Virus record (IMG/VR): IMGVR_UViG_3300020056_000010
Origin: an uncultured virus (IMG/VR IMGVR_UViG_3300020056_000010)
Lineage: Duplodnaviria; Heunggongvirae; Uroviricota; Caudoviricetes
DNA: 20,000 nucleotides
Direction: 5' to 3' (one strand)
Position 1 is the first letter of the stretch. The number at the start of each line of letters is the position of its first letter. A model generated the notes under the pieces. The model was not told the DNA's origin. It made no database searches and was given only the letters and a program-made list of their open reading frames with translations. The position numbers and the translations under genes are program-made. Of the stretch, positions 1 through 8,614 are shown in pieces.

Positions 1-143
1 CGTTTGAGTCTGAAATGGAAACTCGCATCATGGCTGCTTTGGAAGAAAAGTACAAAACTGCTCTGAAAGAAGCAGATGAAGATGAGGATGAAGACGACGA
101 CGAAGATGATGAAGACGAAGATGAGGATGAGGACGACGACTAA
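1..143 (+). CDS. 3' end of a protein with a 22-residue pure Asp/Glu tail; possibly a gp67-like prohead core protein (partial)
   Basis: Frame 3 reads FESEMETRIMAALEEKYKTALKEA-DEDEDEDDDEDDEDEDEDEDDD, with stop TAA at 141-143. A helix followed by an acidic tail recalls T4 gp67, but this identity is tentative. Confidence 0.5.
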   Translation, partial: FESEMETRIMAALEEKYKTALKEADEDEDEDDDEDDEDEDEDEDDD

Positions 144-161
144 GTCTCCTTACAAACATTG

Positions 162-662
162 ATGTTTGCATCGATTAAAATTGCTATCGTAGTAGTGGTG
201 CTAGCCACCGGCGGTGTTGGATATATGTATGTCCAAAAGTTACAATCAGATTTAGAAACTGCACGCGCAAATGTTGCTAAAATGGAAGTAGCTGTACAAA
301 CTGCCGAGGCTAGCATTGCTACGTTAAGAGCAGATCAAGCACAAATGCAACAATTAAATCAGACTCTGCAAGCCGATTTGCAGAAAGCAGAAGCATACGG
401 CGATGATCTTCGTGGTAAACTTCAAAGACATAATTTAACAAACCTAGCTTTAAAAGAGCCAGGTAAACTTGAAGGAAAGATGAATGGCGCTACAGCAAAA
501 CTTTGGCGCGAGCTTGAGCAAGAAACTGGCGGCGATGGGTCTGACCCTCTTCCTAGCTGGTTGCGCCCTCGGGAGACCGGAACCGGAGATACAAGTGGTG
601 ACGGAAATCCAGAAGACGACGGTGCCGACAGTAGCTCGACCGAAGCCAATCAATCTGACTGA
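162..662 (+). CDS. Inner-membrane spanin (Rz-like, i-spanin)
   Basis: N-terminal TM segment (IAIVVVVLATGGVGYMYV) followed by a long Q/A/L-rich coiled coil. Its 3' end is overlapped by a lipoprotein ORF in another frame. Confidence 0.75.
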   Translation: MFASIKIAIVVVVLATGGVGYMYVQKLQSDLETARANVAKMEVAVQTAEASIATLRADQAQMQQLNQTLQADLQKAEAYGDDLRGKLQRHNLTNLALKEPGKLEGKMNGATAKLWRELEQETGGDGSDPLPSWLRPRETGTGDTSGDGNPEDDGADSSSTEANQSD

Positions 663-867
663 TACACGATTATACGTAGTTAATGAAGATAACTTAGAGG
701 ATTTCCTCAAAGAGTTTGAAGAAGTTAACGGCAATCGTGCATTTGTAGCATTTAGTGTGAAAGATTATGAGAACTTAGCTTTAAACATAGCTGAGATGAG
801 AAGATATATCCAACAGCAAGGCGAAATAATTGTATACTATGAAGGGGCTGTTACTAAGCCGGAATAA
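484..867 (+). CDS. Outer-membrane lipoprotein spanin (Rz1-like, o-spanin)
   Basis: SD GAAGGA at 471-476. Signal peptide KKLAAMGLTLF plus lipobox LAGC (Cys27), then a Pro-rich linker. Overlaps the i-spanin over 484-662. Confidence 0.75.
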   Translation: MALQQNFGASLSKKLAAMGLTLFLAGCALGRPEPEIQVVTEIQKTTVPTVARPKPINLTDTRLYVVNEDNLEDFLKEFEEVNGNRAFVAFSVKDYENLALNIAEMRRYIQQQGEIIVYYEGAVTKPE

Positions 868-870
868 ATA
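863..870 (+). promoter_or_regulatory. Putative T4-type late promoter (AATAAATA)
   Basis: One mismatch to TATAAATA. Lies at a gene boundary 21 nt upstream of the ATG at 892. Confidence 0.5.
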
Positions 871-891
871 TTCCAAAGTATACAAGAGGAC

Positions 892-1380
892 ATGCAGTTG
901 GACGAATTAAGAACAGACGTCGCACTTATTAAAAAAGACATTAAAACTATCGAAAGATATTTCGGTAAGTTTGATTCTGCATTAGAACAAATGGCAGAGA
1001 TGTCTGAGCGAGTTGCAGTTCAAGGCGAGATGCTTAAGAATTGCCACGACAAGATCGAAGATCTTGAAGAAAGAATAGATATTCACAAACAAGAAGATGT
1101 TGCTCGCGCCGCTGTAATGACAGATCGCTTGGAGCAATATCGCATTTCTTCTAAGGAAGATCATCAAAGATTATCTGACCAAAACGCTCTTAACAGGGCC
1201 GAACGTAATCGTGAGATTATGGAAGCTCTTGCTAAGCTAAACGGAGCGTTAGATCAAAGAATCAAAGATCAAGAAGGTCGAATCAAGACTCTTGAAAACT
1301 GGAAATATTACATGATGGGTATAGGCGCGGTCGTAATGTTTATTGCGATGAAAATACAGTGGCCTACACTTTTTGGTTGA
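892..1380 (+). CDS. Coiled-coil protein with C-terminal transmembrane anchor, function unknown
   Basis: SD GAGGA, heptad-rich charged body, hydrophobic C-terminus WKYYMMGIGAVVMFIAMKI. Confidence 0.7.
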   Translation: MQLDELRTDVALIKKDIKTIERYFGKFDSALEQMAEMSERVAVQGEMLKNCHDKIEDLEERIDIHKQEDVARAAVMTDRLEQYRISSKEDHQRLSDQNALNRAERNREIMEALAKLNGALDQRIKDQEGRIKTLENWKYYMMGIGAVVMFIAMKIQWPTLFG

Positions 1381-1413
1381 CATTGTGTTGCACTAGTATA
1401 TAATTATACTATA
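1377..1413 (+). promoter_or_regulatory. Sigma70-like early promoter for primase
   Basis: TTGACA (1377-1382), 16-nt spacer, TATAAT (1399-1404), then TATA at 1410-1413. Confidence 0.8.
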
Positions 1414-1432
1414 CGTGAACACTGGATATATT

Positions 1433-2434
1433 ATGGTAGATTTTGTAGACATTCAATATGCTCAAATGTTGTCGGGCCGCCTCGACAACTTTCGAATACG
1501 GCATACTTCCCCTTATAAAATTAATTTTAGATGTCCAATTTGTGGTGACTCTCAAAAGTCCCGCTCTAAGGCCCGTGGTTGGCTTCTAGAAAAGGATAAC
1601 AGGTTCACCTATTATTGCCATAACTGTGGCGCTTCACAGGGCTTCCAGTACTTTCTAAAGTCTATCGATCCACTACTCTATAATGATTATGTTGCTGAGA
1701 AGTTTGTAAATAAAGCAAACAATACTATCAAAGATGACGTTACTCAGTTTCAAACTAAAAAGCCAGTCTTTCAGAAAGATCCTCTAAAAAAATTAAAAAA
1801 AGTGAGCCAACTCGCTCATAATCACGCGATCGTAAGATATATAAAGAAGAGGGGTATTCCACCTCATCATCATTATCGTCTTTACTATGCACCAAAATTC
1901 AAAACTTGGATTAATGAAATTATCCCAAATAAGTTTGAACATGTCGGTAAAGATGAACCCCGTCTGGTGATCCCTTTCTTAGATGAGAAAGGTAAAGTCT
2001 TCGGCGTTTCTGCTCGTGGGTTTAATCCTGACGGGATCAGATATATAACTATTATGTTTGATGAAAGGCCAAAGATCTTTGGTCTCGACAAAGTCAATTT
2101 TAACGAGCCTTACTATATAGTTGAAGGTGCGATTGACTCTTTCTTTTTGTCTAATGCCATCGCTATGAATGGCGCAGAAGGAAACGGTAATGCTGCAAAT
2201 GAACGTGCAATATACGTATTTGATGCTGAACCACGTAATAAAGAAATCCATAAACGTATGGATAAAGTGATTAAGAACGGTCATAAGATTTGTATATGGC
2301 CAACCGATGTACCTGGCAAGGACATCAATGAAATGTATCTAAACGGTCTTAATGACATTGAAAAGATTATCGAAGATAATACTTATCAGGGTTTGCAAGC
2401 CGAATTGAAGTTTGCCGCATGGCGCAAAGTATAG
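1433..2434 (+). CDS. DNA primase, T4 gp61-like
   Basis: Zinc-binding motifs NFRCPICGDS and YYCHNCG; TOPRIM motifs IVEGAIDS, FDAEPRN and KDINEM. ATG 1433 preferred (GGA upstream) over GTG 1415. Confidence 0.95.
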   Translation: MVDFVDIQYAQMLSGRLDNFRIRHTSPYKINFRCPICGDSQKSRSKARGWLLEKDNRFTYYCHNCGASQGFQYFLKSIDPLLYNDYVAEKFVNKANNTIKDDVTQFQTKKPVFQKDPLKKLKKVSQLAHNHAIVRYIKKRGIPPHHHYRLYYAPKFKTWINEIIPNKFEHVGKDEPRLVIPFLDEKGKVFGVSARGFNPDGIRYITIMFDERPKIFGLDKVNFNEPYYIVEGAIDSFFLSNAIAMNGAEGNGNAANERAIYVFDAEPRNKEIHKRMDKVIKNGHKICIWPTDVPGKDINEMYLNGLNDIEKIIEDNTYQGLQAELKFAAWRKV

Positions 2435-2446
2435 GAGTATTGAATT

Positions 2447-3133
2447 TTGCATGCACGACTTATTTCCCATAGCCAACCCGCAGGTCGTATCTACGCAGGA
2501 GAACCTGCATTCAAAGGATTGGAAAACATCCAGGACCTCATCGCATATTGCGCCCGTGTCTCGAATCCATCCAACCAAGCTAACACCAAGACAACTCCAA
2601 AGTTACTTGGATATCTCATCAAACACAAACACTGGTCACCATTCGAAATGGCAAGCGCCTGCATCGAAGTCGAAACAACCAGAGACATCGCAAGACAGCT
2701 CCTCAGACACCGTTCGTTTTCATTTCAAGAGTTTTCTCAGCGGTATGCTGACGTTCGCGATCTTGGCGATGATTTTGTTCTAAGAGAGGCTCGTCTACAG
2801 GATACTAAGAATCGTCAAAATAGTATTGATGTAGATGATCCAAAGCTATCAGCAGAATGGAGAATGAGACAACAAGATGTAATCGACAAGGCAAAAGAAC
2901 ATTACAATTGGGCTATTGCAAATGGTATTGCAAAGGAACAAGCAAGAGCTGTTTTGCCAGAAGGATTAACTAAATCACGTTTATATGTTAATGGTACTAT
3001 TCGTTCTTGGATTCATTTCATTGAATTGCGTTCAGGTAATGGAACACAAAAAGAACACATGGAGTTGGCTCGTGCAATTGCAGAAGCTATATCCAAAATT
3101 TATCCAGAAATAACCAATTTTGTTCAAGAATAA
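2447..3133 (+). CDS. thyX: FAD-dependent thymidylate synthase
   Basis: ThyX signature RHRSFSFQEFSQRY, plus HWSPFE and AKEQARAVLP. SD AGGAG precedes a TTG start. Confidence 0.96.
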   Translation: MHARLISHSQPAGRIYAGEPAFKGLENIQDLIAYCARVSNPSNQANTKTTPKLLGYLIKHKHWSPFEMASACIEVETTRDIARQLLRHRSFSFQEFSQRYADVRDLGDDFVLREARLQDTKNRQNSIDVDDPKLSAEWRMRQQDVIDKAKEHYNWAIANGIAKEQARAVLPEGLTKSRLYVNGTIRSWIHFIELRSGNGTQKEHMELARAIAEAISKIYPEITNFVQE

Positions 3134-3156
3134 CTACATATAGTTAAAAAATACGT

Positions 3157-3164
3157 AATAAATA
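3157..3164 (+). promoter_or_regulatory. Putative T4-type late promoter (AATAAATA) upstream of nrdA
   Basis: Intergenic, one mismatch to TATAAATA. Confidence 0.45.
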
Positions 3165-3194
3165 CTACATGTTGAGAGAGAAGGAAAATGAAGC

Positions 3195-5492
3195 ATGCTG
3201 CAGGTCGTAAAGCGTGACGGGTCAAAAGAAGAATTAAATATCGAAAAACTACACAAGGTTGTCTTTTTTGCTTGTGATGGAATTTCAGGAGTAAGCCCGT
3301 CAGAAGTTGAAATCAAAAGTCAAATTCAGTTTTTTAATGGTATGACGACAAAGGAAATTCAAGAAACCTTAATTAAAGCAGCAGCTGACTTAATTTCTGA
3401 AGAAACACCAAACTATCAATATGTTGGCGGTCGCTTAGTAAACTATGCGCTTCGTAAAGAAGTGTACGATCATTACGAGCCTTGTCACGTAAAAGAACTT
3501 GTCGAGCGTAATATTGAGATGGGATTTTACGATCCTGAATTGATTACATATTACGATGATGATGAGTGGGACAAGATTAACGGATTCATCAAGCACCAGC
3601 GAGATGAGAATCTTACATACGTTGCTATGGAACAGTTGCGCGGCAAGTACCTTTGTCAAAACAGAGTAACTGGCGAAATTTTTGAAACACCACAAATGTG
3701 TTACATTTTGATTGCTGCTACTCTTTTCAATAACTACCCAAAAGAAACCCGTTTGAAATGGATTAAGGACTATTATGACGCTATCTCTCTTCACGATATC
3801 AGCCTTCCTACTCCTGTTATGGCAGGTGTACGTACTCCTCAACGACAGTTTAGCTCCTGTGTTCTTATCGAGACTGATGACTCTCTTGACAGCATTAATG
3901 CTACTTCTAGTAGCATCGTTAAGTACGTATCCCAAAAAGCAGGAATCGGTATTGGGGCTGGTTCAATCCGCGCTATTGGATCACCTATCCGCAAGGGCGA
4001 CGCCTATCACACAGGAGTAATTCCTTTCTATAAGCACTTCCAATCCGCAACCAAGTCTTGTTCTCAAGGCGGTGTTCGTGGAGGTGCTGCAACATTGTAC
4101 TATCCAATCTGGCACTATGAAGTAGAAGATCTTCTTGTATTGAAAAACAATAAAGGTACTGAAGATAATCGTGTTCGACATATGGATTACGGAGTACAGT
4201 TTAACAAGCTAATGTACGAGCGTTTGATTACAGGCGGCGAGATTACTTTGTTCTCTCCTGCAGATGTTCCCGGCTTGTATGAAGCCTTCTTTGCAGACCA
4301 AGATAAGTTTCGTGAACTATATGAAACTGCTGAGCGCAACACTCGCCTTCGTAAGAAGTCTATTCCTGCTGCTCAACTCTTTTCTATGTTTATGGAAGAA
4401 CGTAAAAACACAGGTCGTATCTATCTACAAAACGTTGATAATGCAAACGATCATGGATCATTTATTCCAGAAGTTGCACCTATTCGCCAATCAAATCTTT
4501 GTGCTGAGATCGACTTGCCAACTAAACCATTGAATGATATCAATGATCCGGACGGTGAGATTAGTCTATGTACATTGTCTGCAATTAACTGGGGTAACGT
4601 AAAATCTCCAGAAGATTTTGAAAAAGCATGTACACTTGCTGTCCGCGGTCTAGATGCTTTGCTTTCATATCAAAACTATCCAATCCTAGCTGCTCAGTTG
4701 TCTACTGAAAAACGCCGTCCTATTGGTGTTGGTATTATTAACTTTGCTTATTGGATGGCCAAGCATGATCTATCCTATCAAGACATCACTCCAGAGGGGC
4801 TAGAATTGGTCGATGAGTACGCTGAGGCATGGTCATACTATTTAATTAAGGCTTCTGCTGATTTAGCTGTTGACATGGGATCTATTCCTGGTATTATGGA
4901 AACTAAGTATGGACATGGAATCACTCCTAACCAAACTTATAAGAAAGATCTTGACGAACTTGTTAAGCATAAAGAACGCATGGATTGGAAAGGATTACGT
5001 AAACAGCTCAAAAATACAGGTATTCGTAACTCTACACTTATGGCTCTTATGCCTTCGGAAACATCTGCTCAGGTGGCAAATGCAACAAACGGTATTGAAC
5101 CGCCTCGTAGTTTGATTTCTGTAAAACAATCTAAACACGGTGTATTGAAGCAAGTTGTGCCTCAGTACTTCCACTTTAAAAATAAGTATGATCTACTATG
5201 GGATCAAAAATCTCCTCAAGGTTATCTAAAGATTATGGCAGTATTGCAAAAGTATATTGATCAAGGTATCTCAGTCAATACTAGTTACAACCCACAATTC
5301 TTTGAGGACGAGAAAATTCCAATGAGTGTTCTTCTACAAGACCTACTTATGTTCTATAAGTATGGTGGAAAGCAACTCTATTACTTTAATACTTATGATG
5401 GCCAAGGCGAGCTTGACGTTGACAAGATGACTGAAGAAGCTTTACCACAAGGTGAACTAGACGACGCAGACTGCGAAAGCTGCACTATTTAA
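3195..5492 (+). CDS. nrdA: Class Ia ribonucleotide reductase alpha subunit
   Basis: N-terminal ATP cone (VVKRDG), PTPVM, FSSCVL, SQGGVRGG, QSNLCAEI (radical Cys), MPSETS, LYY and C-terminal CESC. No intron or intein apparent. Confidence 0.98.
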   Translation: MLQVVKRDGSKEELNIEKLHKVVFFACDGISGVSPSEVEIKSQIQFFNGMTTKEIQETLIKAAADLISEETPNYQYVGGRLVNYALRKEVYDHYEPCHVKELVERNIEMGFYDPELITYYDDDEWDKINGFIKHQRDENLTYVAMEQLRGKYLCQNRVTGEIFETPQMCYILIAATLFNNYPKETRLKWIKDYYDAISLHDISLPTPVMAGVRTPQRQFSSCVLIETDDSLDSINATSSSIVKYVSQKAGIGIGAGSIRAIGSPIRKGDAYHTGVIPFYKHFQSATKSCSQGGVRGGAATLYYPIWHYEVEDLLVLKNNKGTEDNRVRHMDYGVQFNKLMYERLITGGEITLFSPADVPGLYEAFFADQDKFRELYETAERNTRLRKKSIPAAQLFSMFMEERKNTGRIYLQNVDNANDHGSFIPEVAPIRQSNLCAEIDLPTKPLNDINDPDGEISLCTLSAINWGNVKSPEDFEKACTLAVRGLDALLSYQNYPILAAQLSTEKRRPIGVGIINFAYWMAKHDLSYQDITPEGLELVDEYAEAWSYYLIKASADLAVDMGSIPGIMETKYGHGITPNQTYKKDLDELVKHKERMDWKGLRKQLKNTGIRNSTLMALMPSETSAQVANATNGIEPPRSLISVKQSKHGVLKQVVPQYFHFKNKYDLLWDQKSPQGYLKIMAVLQKYIDQGISVNTSYNPQFFEDEKIPMSVLLQDLLMFYKYGGKQLYYFNTYDGQGELDVDKMTEEALPQGELDDADCESCTI

Positions 5493-5515
5493 CATTTAAA
5501 CATAAAGGAATTCAA

Positions 5516-6661
5516 ATGAGCGTTTTTGACGTACAAAACCGTGTTGACCATACATCTGTCGCATCTTTTCTAGATCCCAGCGGTGGCCCAACGATTCAAC
5601 GTTATGACACTTTGAAGTACAAACAGTTTGATCAGTTGACTGACAAACAACTAGGATTCTTTTGGCGCCCTGAAGAAGTAGACATCTATCAGGATGCTAA
5701 GGATTTTAAAGCACTTACATCACACGAGCAACACATCTTTACTTCAAACTTGAAGCGTCAAATTTTGCTCGATTCTGTACAAGGCCGTGCTCCGGCTGAA
5801 AGCTTTGGTAGTATTGTTTCATTGCCTGAGCTTGAGAACTGGATCATTACTTGGACATTCTCTGAAACAATTCATAGCCGTTCATACACTCATATTATTC
5901 GCAATGTATATTCTAACCCATCTAAAATCTTTGATGAGATGCTAGACATTCAAGAAATTATCGATTGTGCTGACGATATTTCTAAACACTACGACGATCT
6001 CATTCAGATGGCGGGGTGGTATAATCTTCTTGGTGAAGGTACCTTTGAATTGAATCAAAAGGGTATGAAAGAAGGTACTGAAGTTAAGGTTGATTTGTAT
6101 GAACTTAAGAAAAAGCTTTGGCTAACTCTTATGAGTGTTAACATTCTAGAGGGAGTACGATTCTATGTCTCTTTTGCTTGCTCTTGGGCTTTTGCGGAAC
6201 TTAAGAAGATGGAAGGAAACGCGAAAATTATCAAACTAATTGCTCGCGATGAGAATCTACACCTTGCATCTACTCAAATGATGTTGAAACTACTTCGTAA
6301 GGAAGATCCAGACTTTGAGAAGATTGCTGCAGAAACAGAACAAGAATGTATTCAAATGTTTGTAGACGCCGTAGATCAAGAGAAAGCTTGGGCAGAGTAT
6401 TTGTTTAAAGATGGCTCAATGATTGGTTTGAATACGGAACTTCTAAGTCAATACATTGAATTCATTGCATCAAAACGAATGACAAATGTAAAGTTAGAGT
6501 CTCCATACGGTAAACCTCAAAATCCGTTGCCGTGGACTCAAAAATGGATTTCAGGAGCAGAGGTACAGGTTGCACCTCAAGAAACTGAAATTACTAGTTA
6601 TGTACAAGGTGGAACTAAACAGGACGTATCAACAGACACATTCAAAGGATTCAGCTTATGA
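5516..6661 (+). CDS. nrdB: Class Ia ribonucleotide reductase beta subunit
   Basis: FFWRPEEV, LDSVQGR, ETIHSRSY, LEGVRFYVSF, RDENLH, VAPQETEITSY. Confidence 0.98.
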   Translation: MSVFDVQNRVDHTSVASFLDPSGGPTIQRYDTLKYKQFDQLTDKQLGFFWRPEEVDIYQDAKDFKALTSHEQHIFTSNLKRQILLDSVQGRAPAESFGSIVSLPELENWIITWTFSETIHSRSYTHIIRNVYSNPSKIFDEMLDIQEIIDCADDISKHYDDLIQMAGWYNLLGEGTFELNQKGMKEGTEVKVDLYELKKKLWLTLMSVNILEGVRFYVSFACSWAFAELKKMEGNAKIIKLIARDENLHLASTQMMLKLLRKEDPDFEKIAAETEQECIQMFVDAVDQEKAWAEYLFKDGSMIGLNTELLSQYIEFIASKRMTNVKLESPYGKPQNPLPWTQKWISGAEVQVAPQETEITSYVQGGTKQDVSTDTFKGFSL

Positions 6662-6909
6662 TTTACATATGGGGAAAGGCAGCATGCCCTAGCTGCGAAA
6701 AAGCAAAACGTACACTAGATACGCATAACATCAAATATGAATATCGCCAACTCGGTGTAGACTTTGAACGAGAAGATGTCATTGCAGAGTTTCCAGAAGC
6801 TCGTACATTTCCGCAAATTGTTATCAACGGTCAAAAGATTGGTGGCTATGAACAAATGGTGAAATATATCGAGGATACTGGATATACAGGAACTGGATAT
6901 TCATTATAA
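6658..6909 (+). CDS. Glutaredoxin (NrdC-like)
   Basis: CPSC active site, TFPQI, IGGY. ATGA overlap with nrdB. Confidence 0.93.
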   Translation: MIYIWGKAACPSCEKAKRTLDTHNIKYEYRQLGVDFEREDVIAEFPEARTFPQIVINGQKIGGYEQMVKYIEDTGYTGTGYSL

Positions 6910-6941
6910 ATACTTAAAAACAATTAAGAGTATTTGTAATG
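6902..6941 (+). promoter_or_regulatory. T4-type late promoter embedded in a start-codon-sequestering hairpin
   Basis: Perfect TATAAATA at 6905-6912. CATTATAAATACT (6902-6914) pairs with AGTATTTGTAATG (6929-6941): 13 bp with one G-U, including the hemA ATG. Confidence 0.75.
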
Positions 6942-8141
6942 GACCGCGACCTACTACATTATTTTGAGCAGACTATTGGTGACTTCAAAGAAGATGGTCG
7001 CTATCGTGTATTTAACGATATTATAAGAGAAAGGGGGCAGTTTCCAAAAGCCATTTGGTATGGGAAATATGCCCCTAAAAACATTGTGAACTGGTGTTCT
7101 AATGACTATCTTGGCATGGGCCAAAATGAATACGTCATTAGTGCAATGCATACAGCATTAGATCAAACCGGCGCTGGTTCTGGTGGCACTCGTAACATTG
7201 GTGGTACATCTCAGTATCATGTTACACTTGAAAGAGAGCTTGCAACATTACATAATAAAGAAGCAGCTCTCTTGTTTTCTTCGGCATATGTAGCCAACGA
7301 ATGGGCCCTTGTTGCTCTGAGTAGAATAATTCCAAACATTTGTTTTATCTCTGATAATAAAAATCATGCTTCTATTATTATGGGAGTGAAACACAGCAGA
7401 GCTGACAAGATTATCTTTCCACACAATGATATGGATGAACTTGAGTTAGCTTTGCAAACCGCAACAATGTCTAATCAGACACCTGTTATTGTTTTTGAAT
7501 CAGTTTATAGTATGGATGGAGACGTAGCACCAATTGAAGATATTTGCGACCTTGCAGACAAGTATGGCGCAATCACCTATATAGATGAGGTACACGCAGT
7601 AGGAATGTATGGCGATACGGGAGCAGGATACTGCGAATGGTTAGGCGTACAACATAGGATTGATATAATCAATGGAACATTGGGAAAAGCCTTTGGGGTT
7701 CAAGGTGGTTATATTGCTGGCAATAGTGCTGTTATTGACGCTATTCGGTCCGTGGCTTCTGGGTTCATCTTTACAACAAGTATCTCGCCCGTCCTCTGCG
7801 CAGGAGCAATCGCCGCCATCAAATATCTCCGTGACGCTACCGGATTAAGAAAACAGCACCAGAAAAAGGCGGAACAATTAAAATATATGTTAGGAGCTGC
7901 TGAGATTCCAGTTCATCAAAATGCTTGCACCCATATTGTACCAGTGATGGTAAATGATGCATTTAGATGTAAAACTGCGAGTGACCGTCTATTGAATGAG
8001 TTTGGAATTTATATACAACCTATAAATAGTCCGACAGTTGAAGTTGGTACAGAAAGATTGCGTATAGCTCCTACTCCATATCATACTGATGTTATGATGG
8101 TAGAACTAGTGACAGCTTTGAAAAAGGTATTACATAAATGA
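6939..8141 (+). CDS. hemA: 5-aminolevulinate synthase (PLP-dependent)
   Basis: ALAS-specific motifs [57 protein letters not shown] (PLP lysine), FIFTTS and GTERLRI. Confidence 0.95.
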   Translation: MDRDLLHYFEQTIGDFKEDGRYRVFNDIIRERGQFPKAIWYGKYAPKNIVNWCSNDYLGMGQNEYVISAMHTALDQTGAGSGGTRNIGGTSQYHVTLERELATLHNKEAALLFSSAYVANEWALVALSRIIPNICFISDNKNHASIIMGVKHSRADKIIFPHNDMDELELALQTATMSNQTPVIVFESVYSMDGDVAPIEDICDLADKYGAITYIDEVHAVGMYGDTGAGYCEWLGVQHRIDIINGTLGKAFGVQGGYIAGNSAVIDAIRSVASGFIFTTSISPVLCAGAIAAIKYLRDATGLRKQHQKKAEQLKYMLGAAEIPVHQNACTHIVPVMVNDAFRCKTASDRLLNEFGIYIQPINSPTVEVGTERLRIAPTPYHTDVMMVELVTALKKVLHK

Positions 8142-8194
8142 ATCAACTTGAAGCCGCATTTTTCGGCAAAACATTATGGAAGAAAGAGAGTAAA

Positions 8195-8614
8195 ATGACT
8201 AAATTGAAAAAAGCATTCTGGTTCGTATGTGGAATGCTATGTTTAGGTATTGCATATCTAGGCGTAATTCTACCAGGTATTCCGTGGAGTACTCCGATCC
8301 TTGGCGCAGCATTCTGCTTTGCTAAGTCGAGCGAAAAGTTCCACAACTGGATTATGAACCACAAAACATTTGGCCCATTCATTACAGAATGGCAAACATA
8401 TAAAGTATATCCACAAAAAGCAAAGTATATTATGATGGCAGTCATGTCGACTTCGTTGGCTGTGATGTACTTTGGAACTGGCAATCCTATGGCAACATTA
8501 TACTTGTTTATTTTGTTTGCTTTGATTGTCACTTGGGCATGGAGATTTCCAGGCTCGAAAGAAGAAGCACAGCGTCGTATTGATGCGGGAGAGAAGCTTG
8601 GCTGGTTAAAGTAA
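8195..8614 (+). CDS. DUF454/YbaN-family inner membrane protein
   Basis: LGIAYLGVILPGIPWSTPILGAAFCFAKSSEKFHNWIMNHKTFGPFI matches the YbaN pattern; several TM segments. The start could alternatively be 8138. Confidence 0.82.
   Translation: MTKLKKAFWFVCGMLCLGIAYLGVILPGIPWSTPILGAAFCFAKSSEKFHNWIMNHKTFGPFITEWQTYKVYPQKAKYIMMAVMSTSLAVMYFGTGNPMATLYLFILFALIVTWAWRFPGSKEEAQRRIDAGEKLGWLK

Noticed and set aside
861..874. Small inverted repeat GGAAT-AAAT-ATTCC over the late-like box
   Set aside because: Only 5 bp and does not cover the downstream RBS, so it is not a third hairpin switch.
2412..2783. 123-aa plus-strand ORF overlapping primase and thyX
   Set aside because: Alternative frame of thyX with Ser/Thr/Gln-rich shadow composition.
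3131..3151. Hairpin TAACTA-CATA-TAGTTA followed by an A run
   Set aside because: Weak AT-rich stem with no U-tract on the coding strand, so not a convincing terminator.
3435..3935. 166-aa minus-strand ORF and other alternative-frame ORFs inside nrdA
   Set aside because: Fully within a conserved gene, with no motifs or translation signals noted.
3195..6661. Possible introns or inteins in nrdA/nrdB
   Set aside because: Both ORFs are continuous and of normal length.
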